Source: a virus. From it: a stretch of DNA of 64,000 bases. Shown here piece after piece: positions 7,696 through 14,400 of this stretch (positions within the stretch are counted from its first letter, which is position 1; the number at the start of each line of letters is the position of its first letter). The notes beneath the pieces were generated by a model. That model did no database searches and had not been told where the DNA came from. It saw only the letters and a program-made list of their open reading frames with translations. The stretch is from positions 64,001 to 128,000 of the IMG/VR virus record IMGVR_UViG_3300043788_000114; one strand, 5' to 3'. Position numbers and translations under genes: made by a program.

Positions 7696-7833
7696 TTGCG
7701 GTTGGTGTAGTTTCAGTTACTTCTTAATCAGCAGGTCACGGGTTCGAGTCCCGTCAAGCAGCAATGCTTGTAGCTCAGTTGGTAGAGCAGCCGAGGCGAA
7801 AGCCAGTACCCTGAAGCGCCTGTTCCGCCGCAA
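7696..7833 (+). ncRNA. Y-RNA-like 2 (YrlA-type, permuted tRNA domain)
   Basis: GGTGTAG...CTGTTC stem; T arm, closed acceptor, then D arm TAGCTCAGTTGGTAGAGC. Confidence 0.85.
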
Positions 7834-7839
7834 TAAAGT

Positions 7840-7910
7840 TCTCCGGTAGTGAAGAGGACGGTTACTTCACTCGAAATGAAAAACAACCGTTTTCGCTTGT
7901 TCTCCGGGGA
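7840..7910 (+). ncRNA. Y-RNA-like 3 (short)
   Basis: TCTCCGG/CCGGGGA stem, AGTGAAG...TTGTTC, GTTACTTC. Confidence 0.7.
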
Positions 7911-7918
7911 TTAAGTAT

Positions 7919-8021
7919 GAGCCGTAGTGGTCGTAAGGGTTACTTCTTGGTTCGATTCCAAGGTTGGAAGCAATTCCTACCTGCCGATTGGTCGGCTACC
8001 CCTTGCAAATGTTCTCGGCTC
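7919..8021 (+). ncRNA. Y-RNA-like 4 (YrlA-type)
   Basis: GAGCCG/CGGCTC stem, GTTACTTC, T arm TTGGTTCGATTCCAA, D-like arm, TGTTC. Confidence 0.75.
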
Positions 8022-8028
8022 TCTAAGT

Positions 8029-8158
8029 TCGGGTTGGTGTAGGAAACAGTTACTTCGCCTGTGGAGCGAGTAGTTCGGGTTCGAATCCCGGCGTCTTCTT
8101 CGGAAGATGTAGTGTAATGGCAGCACGCTTACGTCACTGTTCCGTCTGTTCCGCCCGA
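8029..8158 (+). ncRNA. Y-RNA-like 5 (YrlA-type with anticodon arm)
   Basis: GGTGTAG...CTGTTC; anticodon-like arm, T arm, UUCG-capped acceptor, D arm. Confidence 0.85.
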
Positions 8159-8167
8159 TACTACTCA

Positions 8168-8203
8168 GAGAGCCTCTGCTTCGGCAGGGGCTTTTCTATT
8201 TTT
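8168..8203 (+). terminator. intrinsic terminator after Y RNAs
   Basis: AGCCTCTGC-TTCG-GCAGGGGCT-TTTCTATTTTT. Confidence 0.75.
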
Positions 8204-8220
8204 CACCGGGAGGGTGAACG

Positions 8221-9645
8221 ATGCGTACAAACGTAGCAGAAAAGAAGGCGCTCATCTACACGCACGAGGGCGCAGTGGCGGTGTTCATCAACCCCGTCGA
8301 TCAGCTTCGCCGCTCTGTCATGGCGAACATGTTATGGGAGGACGAGTTCTACGAGGATGGCCAGTCCATTGCAAAGCGGATTCAGGAAACGACCGCCGAA
8401 ATCCTCAAGCAGAAGAACGGCGCGCAGACCGTGGCGGACATTGCGTTTGAGGCCCGCACGAAGATGAAGCTGCGTCACGTCCCGTTGCTTCTATTGGTTT
8501 CGCTCATCCGTGCGAAGACCGATCAGACACGGAAGGTTGTGGCGGAAGCCATCGCGCGTGTGGTCCAGCGGCCAGACGAGATGGGTGAATTGATCTCGCT
8601 CTACTGGAAGCTGAATGACAAGCGTGCCATGTTGCCGCACCAGATGAAGATCGGCCTCGCGGCGGCGTTCCAGAAGTTCGATGCCTACTCGCTCGGAAAG
8701 TGGAACTCGGATGCGGCGGCGGTGAAGCTGCGCGACGTCCTGTTCTTGACGCACGCGAAGCCGAAGGATCAGGCACAGGCAGAACTCTGGAAGAAGTTAG
8801 CGGAGAAGACGCTGGAGTCGCCGGATACGTGGGAGGTGGCTCTCAGCGGCGGTGCTGACAAGAAGGAGGCGTTCACTCGTCTGCTCGCCGAGGAAAAGCT
8901 GGGTGCGCTGGCGCTGCTCCGAAATCTGCGGAATATGCAGCAGGCCGGTGTCGACGTTGAGGCGATCCGCAAGGGTCTCGGAACGATGAAGACAGAGCGT
9001 GTTCTTCCCTTCCGCTTCATCACGGCGGCAAAGTACGCTCCGCAGTTGGAGCCTCAGCTTGAGCAGGCCATGTTCCGGTGCCTCGCAAGTCAGGAGAAGT
9101 TGACGGGCAAGACAGTCTTGATCGTCGATTGCTCGGGATCGATGCATGGCGGAATCTCTGCCAAATCCGAACTGGACCGTCTCAGCGCGGCTGCTGCATT
9201 GGCTATGCTGGTGCGTGAGGTCTGCGAGGATGTTGCCGTGTACGCGACGGCGGGTGACGATGGTCGGCGCATCCACGCGACGATGCTGGTTCCTCCGCGT
9301 CGTGGTTTCGGTTTGCGTGATCTGCTTTCCTACGAGAGCACGAGCCGCAAGATCGGCGGAGGTGGAATCTTCTTGAAGCAGGTGATTGAGTACGTCCGCA
9401 AGGAAGAGAAGGACACGGCGGACAGGATCATCGTCATCACCGACGAACAGGACTGCGATCTGGTAAACAAGCCAGCAAGCGCCAAGCCATTCGGGAAGAA
9501 CAACTACCTTATCAACGTGGCTAGCTTCAAGAACGGCATCGGCTACGGAGAGTGGGTCCACATCGACGGCTGGAGTGAGGCGATCTTGGATTACATCCAG
9601 CAGTACGAGCGGTTGCAGGAAACCGGCAATGAGATTTCTGCCTAA
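8221..9645 (+). CDS. rsr: Ro60/TROVE RNA-binding protein
   Basis: THEGA, RPDEMGE, ALLRNLRNM, VLPFRF, vWA DCSGSM, ITDEQ; adjacent Y RNAs. Confidence 0.95.
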   Translation: MRTNVAEKKALIYTHEGAVAVFINPVDQLRRSVMANMLWEDEFYEDGQSIAKRIQETTAEILKQKNGAQTVADIAFEARTKMKLRHVPLLLLVSLIRAKTDQTRKVVAEAIARVVQRPDEMGELISLYWKLNDKRAMLPHQMKIGLAAAFQKFDAYSLGKWNSDAAAVKLRDVLFLTHAKPKDQAQAELWKKLAEKTLESPDTWEVALSGGADKKEAFTRLLAEEKLGALALLRNLRNMQQAGVDVEAIRKGLGTMKTERVLPFRFITAAKYAPQLEPQLEQAMFRCLASQEKLTGKTVLIVDCSGSMHGGISAKSELDRLSAAAALAMLVREVCEDVAVYATAGDDGRRIHATMLVPPRRGFGLRDLLSYESTSRKIGGGGIFLKQVIEYVRKEEKDTADRIIVITDEQDCDLVNKPASAKPFGKNNYLINVASFKNGIGYGEWVHIDGWSEAILDYIQQYERLQETGNEISA

Positions 9646-9665
9646 TTTCCCTTGGTACCATTTGC

Positions 9666-9917
9666 CTAAAGGGCACGGCTCAACACCGTGCCCTTTCTTT
9701 TTGCCTTCTCCAGTCGCTTGCGCGCCGCGTCGTTGCGGATCGCCAAGTTGAGCCCGCTGGTGTAGCTGAGCACGAAGGAGCCACGAGTTCCTTTGAGCCG
9801 GAAGATCATGTATCCCGGCTTGAGTTCCACGATGATCTGCCGCTGGCGTCGCCGGTCGTAGACGGTGTTCTCCGTCTCGACGATGAGTTTGGATTTACGC
9901 TGCGATAGCTTGCTCAT
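9666..9917 (-). CDS. hypothetical protein
   Basis: ORF coupled to upstream gene. Confidence 0.65.
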   Translation of the reverse strand: MSKLSQRKSKLIVETENTVYDRRRQRQIIVELKPGYMIFRLKGTRGSFVLSYTSGLNLAIRNDAARKRLEKAKRKGTVLSRAL

Positions 9918-10461
9918 CTGACACCTCCACTATTGCGATCTTCTTTGCGTAGTACCTGACCTTCGTTTCCCACTTCTTCCGGAGCGTGGTGGCACGCTTC
10001 TCGCGCGTGAGCGCCGCCTTGAGCATCCGCTGGCAGTGAGCCAGCTTGGCGTCCGGTGCAGGGCGAGTGGTCGTTACCTTCGGCCTTACCTCCAGCGGTA
10101 GCTCATTGGCCCACGCGTAGATTTGCCGGTAGCTGCCGAAGCGTCCGTACCTTGCCGAGTGACGCATCATGTACTCATCGCGCGCTCCACGCGTGTGAGC
10201 AAGTTCGTGCGCGATCACCATTGCGAAGTCCACCTTATCTGGCGTGCGCTTGGAGAGCCGCACCTTCATCCAGTTCCCTCTAATGCTGGCTTCGCCACTA
10301 GAGTACGTGCTGCCGTTTCTCCGGGTGTATACAACCTTCACATGTAGGGATGGCGCTCCGCGCTTGCATAGATCAGGACGTTCCTCCGGCATCTGCCGAG
10401 AGATGAATGCCCGGATATGATCATCGCGCCAGTGAGTTTTGTTGCTGAGTTTGATTCGCAT
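9895..10461 (-). CDS. zincin-type (HExxH) protein
   Basis: VIAHELAHTRG. Confidence 0.7.
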   Translation of the reverse strand: MRIKLSNKTHWRDDHIRAFISRQMPEERPDLCKRGAPSLHVKVVYTRRNGSTYSSGEASIRGNWMKVRLSKRTPDKVDFAMVIAHELAHTRGARDEYMMRHSARYGRFGSYRQIYAWANELPLEVRPKVTTTRPAPDAKLAHCQRMLKAALTREKRATTLRKKWETKVRYYAKKIAIVEVSDEQAIAA

Positions 10462-10611
10462 AGCCGTGTTTCCCCCTGCATCTATTTTCTCATCGACGAT
10501 TTTTGTAAACTGCGAAATCGCCTGTATTCATGCGGTCTCCGACGTGTAAGTAATTGACAGTACAGTGTCGAAATAAATCTCTTGACAAGAATTTCCCATT
10601 TTGCGGTTAGA

Positions 10612-10971
10612 ATGTTCTGGGGGAGAAAATTGCTCATCATTCTGGCGCTTGTATGGATTCACTTTGTGTCGGATTTTCTGTTGCAGTCCGACAAGATGGC
10701 GATCAATAAATCGAAGAGTTGGAAGTGGCTCGGCATCCATTGCGTAACGTACTCGACGCCGTTCCTGATCTTCGGCTGGCGCTTCGCGCTGGTCACCCTT
10801 GCTTTCCATTTCGTGACGGATGCGATCACGTCGCGTGGCACAGCGTACCTGTGGAAGCGGGAGATGCGACACTGGTTCTTCTCGCTCATCGGCTTCGATC
10901 AGGCGATCCACCTGAGCACGCTGATTTTGACCTACCATTTTTTGCTTGCAAAGAATCTGGAATGGGTGTAG
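10612..10971 (+). CDS. DUF3307 membrane protein
   Basis: HFVSDFLLQ, HFVTD, FDQAIH. Confidence 0.85.
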   Translation: MFWGRKLLIILALVWIHFVSDFLLQSDKMAINKSKSWKWLGIHCVTYSTPFLIFGWRFALVTLAFHFVTDAITSRGTAYLWKREMRHWFFSLIGFDQAIHLSTLILTYHFLLAKNLEWV

Positions 10972-10974
10972 GCT
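10946..10974 (+). promoter_or_regulatory. promoter of tRNA array 2
   Basis: TTGCAA-17bp-TAGGCT; GTG 8 nt downstream. Confidence 0.6.
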
Positions 10975-10981
10975 GATTTTC

Positions 10982-11068
10982 GTGCAGATAAGGACCAAAT
11001 CCGTGAACACGAGAATGACCGGGAAGCGGGTCATTTGGGGAATCGTGTCCGGGGGTTTGGGAACCTAA
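10982..11068 (+). CDS. leader peptide of tRNA array 2 (MQIRTKSVNTRMTGKRVIWGIVSGGLGT)
   Basis: Leaderless GTG; has codons for all 12 array-2 tRNAs; CCGGGG complementary to terminator arm. Confidence 0.75.
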   Translation: MQIRTKSVNTRMTGKRVIWGIVSGGLGT

Positions 11069-11096
11069 TCTGCAACAAGATTCGGAACTCAAAGCA

Positions 11097-11122
11097 CCCC
11101 GGCTCAGGCCGGGGATTTTTTT
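11097..11122 (+). terminator. attenuator terminator of array 2
   Basis: CCCCGGC-TCAG-GCCGGGG-ATTTTTTT. Confidence 0.85.
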
Positions 11123-11135
11123 GGTCTTTGAAAAA

Positions 11136-11210
11136 GCGGGTTTAAGCTAGTTGGCAAACTGCCTGCCTCCAAATCAGGACTCAGGGGTTCGATTCCTCTA
11201 ACCCGCGCCA
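11136..11210 (+). tRNA. tRNA-Trp(CCA)
   Basis: Loop CTCCAAA, G73, CCA. Confidence 0.82.
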
Positions 11211-11211
11211 T

Positions 11212-11287
11212 CGCGACGTAGCTCAGGTGGTGGAGCGCCGATCTCATAAGTCGGAGGGCGAGGCTTCGAGTGCCTCCGTCGCGACCA
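11212..11287 (+). tRNA. tRNA-Met(CAT), elongator type (Ile2 not excluded)
   Basis: Loop CTCATAA, paired 1:72, ACCA. Confidence 0.85.
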
Positions 11288-11293
11288 AGTTTT

Positions 11294-11388
11294 GCCGGAA
11301 TCCTCGGGCGAGGCGCTGGGATTTATAACCCCGGTTGTTGTCGGTAGATTGCCGATGTGCGAGGGATCATACCCCTCTTCCGGCCCCA
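11294..11388 (+). tRNA. tRNA with TAT anticodon (Ile) and long variable arm
   Basis: Loop TTTATAA; V-arm GTCGGTA/TGCCGAT; short D arm; CCA. Confidence 0.7.
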
Positions 11389-11390
11389 GT

Positions 11391-11467
11391 GAGCGCGTCG
11401 TATAGCGGCTGATTATACCTGCCTCTTAAGCAGGCTGACGCTGGTTCAAATCCAGCCGCGCTCACCA
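11391..11467 (+). tRNA. tRNA-Lys(CTT)
   Basis: Loop CTCTTAA, ACCA. Confidence 0.9.
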
Positions 11468-11474
11468 AAGTTTT

Positions 11475-11560
11475 GGGATCGTACTCGAATTGGATGCAGA
11501 GACCTGACTTTTAATCAGCGGGGAAACCCAATGGGGGTTCGAGTCCCCCCGGTCCCACCA
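11475..11560 (+). tRNA. tRNA-Lys(TTT) with variable arm
   Basis: Loop CTTTTAA; extra GGG-GAAA-CCC arm; ACCA. Confidence 0.85.
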
Positions 11561-11564
11561 AGTT

Positions 11565-11641
11565 GCTCCCGTATCGGCGCTGTCTTCTAAACAGCAGGCC
11601 GTAGACGGATGACGCGGGTTCGACTCCTGCCGGGAGCGCCA
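11565..11641 (+). tRNA. non-canonical tRNA-Arg(TCT), no D arm
   Basis: Intact acceptor, anticodon and T arms; CCA. Confidence 0.75.
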
Positions 11642-11647
11642 TGTTTT

Positions 11648-11725
11648 GCCGCTGTACCTCACCCGCCTCCTAAGCGGGATTCGAGTAACTGGATGATGCC
11701 GGTTCAACTCCGGCCAGCGGCACCA
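11648..11725 (+). tRNA. non-canonical tRNA-Arg(CCT), no D arm
   Basis: Same architecture; loop CTCCTAA. Confidence 0.75.
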
Positions 11726-11730
11726 GTTTT

Positions 11731-11807
11731 GCTGCCGTACCGGGTCGCCCTCCGAAGGCGAATACCGTAGATGGAGAAGGCAGGTTCGAGTCCTGTCGGC
11801 AGCGCCA
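11731..11807 (+). tRNA. non-canonical tRNA-Arg(CCG), no D arm
   Basis: Same architecture; loop CTCCGAA. Confidence 0.75.
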
Positions 11808-11811
11808 GTTT

Positions 11812-11889
11812 GCAGGGTTAACTCAGTCCGCTCAGAGTGCCTCTCCTACAAAGAGGAAGCCGCAGGTTGAAATCCTGCACCCTGCACCA
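11812..11889 (+). tRNA. tRNA-Val(TAC)
   Basis: Loop CCTACAA (C33), ACCA. Confidence 0.85.
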
Positions 11890-11894
11890 AGTTT

Positions 11895-11969
11895 GCCGGT
11901 CAAGCACATGCGGATGTGTACTCCCTTGGTAAGGGAGAGGCAGAGAGTTCGATCCTCTCGACCGGCCCA
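11895..11969 (+). tRNA. tRNA-Thr(GGT)
   Basis: Loop TTGGTAA. Confidence 0.85.
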
Positions 11970-11973
11970 GTTT

Positions 11974-12048
11974 GCCGATGTAGCTCAATGGGAGAGCATT
12001 CCCTTGATAAGGGAAAGGTCAGTGGATCGGTACCACTCATCGGCACCA
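11974..12048 (+). tRNA. tRNA-Ile(GAT)
   Basis: Loop TTGATAA, ACCA. Confidence 0.88.
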
Positions 12049-12065
12049 AGTGTAGAATTGCAGGC

Positions 12066-12392
12066 ATGGCTCAATGGGAAGTGACTATACGCGCAAACAT
12101 TCTCATCACAGACGATGATGATGACGAAAACCAGTTTGCTGAGCAGTACACTTTCATCTGGTCCGCGCCCGACTTCATTTCGGCAGTGATGTCAGTCCAG
12201 CAGAAGCTCGACACTTTGAACGAGCGCACGAAGAAGAAGTGGGAAGAGACTGCTCGCAAAGCACGATTCATGGAAGAATACAACATCGTCGGGTTGATCG
12301 AAACCGATCACGTGCTATTCGGCGACAAGTGGATAGATGAGTTCGTAGAACGAGGCGTAATAGATCGCAATTATGCCGAAGATGAAAGTTGA
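12066..12392 (+). CDS. acidic hypothetical protein
   Basis: ORF filling the gap between tRNAs. Confidence 0.65.
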   Translation: MAQWEVTIRANILITDDDDDENQFAEQYTFIWSAPDFISAVMSVQQKLDTLNERTKKKWEETARKARFMEEYNIVGLIETDHVLFGDKWIDEFVERGVIDRNYAEDES

Positions 12393-12467
12393 GCGGGTGT
12401 CGTCCAACGGTAGGGCCACAGCCTTCCAAGCTGTTGACGAGGAGTTCGAATCTCCCCACCCGCTCCA
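12393..12467 (+). tRNA. tRNA-Gly(TCC)
   Basis: Loop CTTCCAA, TCCA. Confidence 0.9.
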
Positions 12468-12538
12468 TCACTCTCCGGAATAAAATCTGGAATAATTTGT
12501 GCTCGGAATTTCGATTTCTCCCGTGCTAAACTGCGCTC

Positions 12539-13177
12539 ATGTCTCTGAGCCTTGTCCCAATGCCGCTTCCGCCGCAGCCGTCTTTCCTGAATCCCAAGCG
12601 CAAACGACTCTGGGAAAAGTACAACGGCAAATGCCACTGGTGCGGATGCGAAACGCGGTTGGTGAATGACACAGCGCCGGATAAGGCAACCATCGATCAC
12701 ATCATCCCGCGCTACAAAGGCGGCACAAACGATCCCGCAAATCTGGTAAATTCCTGCAATCTTTGCAACAACCGGCGAAACTACGAAGATCATTTCGGAC
12801 TTGCCGAAGGCACCTTGTTAGGGAAGTACAAGGGAGGCCAGAGCAACACGGAACGCAGGGCGGCGCGGCGCGCGCAACTGAAGCACATCGCTCTAACCGG
12901 TGACGAAAAACGGGCGATCCTCGAAAGACTCGACGCTGGGAAGACACAACCACAACCACAGCCGCAAGCACCGATTCAGACGCGTCCGCCAGCGGCCCGC
13001 TACAGCACGGAGGAGGTCCTTCGCGAGCAGCGCGATCAGGCGCAGAAACGCATCGTCGAATTGCAGAAGGAATTGGATCGAGTGCAGGCCATCGCGGCGA
13101 CGCAGGAAAAAGAATTGAAGTCGATCACTGTGGTGGGGCTTATCCGGAAGCGGATCGCCGAGTGGCTTTTGTCTTGA
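12539..13177 (+). CDS. HNH endonuclease with coiled-coil tail
   Basis: CHWCG, TIDHIIPRYKGG, NLVNSCNLCNNRR. Confidence 0.9.
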   Translation: MSLSLVPMPLPPQPSFLNPKRKRLWEKYNGKCHWCGCETRLVNDTAPDKATIDHIIPRYKGGTNDPANLVNSCNLCNNRRNYEDHFGLAEGTLLGKYKGGQSNTERRAARRAQLKHIALTGDEKRAILERLDAGKTQPQPQPQAPIQTRPPAARYSTEEVLREQRDQAQKRIVELQKELDRVQAIAATQEKELKSITVVGLIRKRIAEWLLS

Positions 13178-13919
13178 CACGCTGCTAGAAATGCCATACA
13201 ACCATGAGAGCGCGGTTTCCGCCGATCCCGCGCGGGGTGCGAGCACTCCCAAAAGGCTCAGCCCTCCCCCTTGCAGCGGCCTGTCGTTTTCTTCCGGTTG
13301 AGACGGGCCGTTGCTTCCTCACTTCTCCTTGTAAATAATGGATTCCTTCATCACGCTGCCGCCGTGAAACGACGGTACGATTTCAGAGAGGCGCACCGAA
13401 AGCGGCGATCTCATCGCCAGTTCAATCTGCGCTTGGCGGATCGTCGCGAGCATTCTTCTTCGCGTCCTGCGCGCGGCAGGGAATTGCGCGTGCGTACACA
13501 CCCACTCGCACCGAAAGTTGCACCAGTCGCCTCTGCTTTTCATCGAGCGTCACGGCATCGAACAGGACCCACTTTAGCTTATCGACGGCGGTCATGAATT
13601 CTCCTTCAGCAACTCTTGGTTCCTCCGCTTCGCCGCCCGCTTGAGCCTGTAGCGCGCGTTGGCGCACTTGCGGCACTCCTTGATGATCAGGCCCCCGCGA
13701 CGATGCTCGATCACGTTGGTCCCCATCTTCAGGTGGCCTTGGCGGCAGCGGTCGGATGGTTTGGGCGGCATGGAATTACGCTACCCCGAGTATGGAATTA
13801 CGTCAAGACGCGGCGATTCCTCGCCGCCGCTCGCCAGCGATGATCGAGTGGTGCTGAGTCGTGCTGAGAGTTTCCAGAGGCGGTACGTGGAGTGGTGCAG
13901 GTGGCGGGACTGGCGTAGC

Positions 13920-14108
13920 TTAGGCCGCTGCGGTCTCGTAGTCAAACTTCGAGCGGGCCATGAATCCTTCATCGAGAATCAGGGTGTTCAGGCGGTGCTT
14001 TGTATTGCGCGCGAGTTCCGGAAGATCGGGCCAGTGAACCTCGGCCTTTTCGCCACTGATCCCGACCACAACTCCCGGCTCCCCGGCGACAGCATTTGCC
14101 AGATACAC
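13920..14108 (-). CDS. hypothetical protein
   Basis: Protein-like ORF ending ETAAA. Confidence 0.5.
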   Translation of the reverse strand: MYLANAVAGEPGVVVGISGEKAEVHWPDLPELARNTKHRLNTLILDEGFMARSKFDYETAAA

Positions 14109-14199
14109 CCTGTCCCCGACTTAGATGCTTGCACTCATTGCTTGCAGTATGCGGCCAATTCCTGCGCCTGTCAAGCAAGGATGCTCCGTATTGCTTGCG

Positions 14200-14400
14200 C
14201 TAGATCGGCAGATTCATCGTCTCGGCCACTGGGGTGCCGGTGGGCATTTTGCAATCCCTATGCCTCAATCGGCCATCCACGCCAATAAACCAGCGTTCAC
14301 GCTTCCTGATTCGCTTGCCACAATCGGCGCAGATTCTTCTTCCCGCCTGCTGTAATACTGGCGGGTTGAGTTCGCTGCCGCATTTGTCGCAGATGGTCAT
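14200..14400 (-). CDS. small Zn-finger protein
   Basis: CDKC, CADC, HRDC. Confidence 0.6.
   Translation of the reverse strand: MTICDKCGSELNPPVLQQAGRRICADCGKRIRKRERWFIGVDGRLRHRDCKMPTGTPVAETMNLPI

Noticed and set aside
5310-7849. Many ORFs overlapping tRNA and Y RNA genes
   Set aside because: Shadow frames of structured RNA genes.
7621-8158. Repeated GTTACTTC/TGTTC units as a CRISPR array or as real tRNAs
   Set aside because: Repeats are short and irregular, no cas genes are present, and the tRNA arms are permuted with closed acceptor stems and no CCA.
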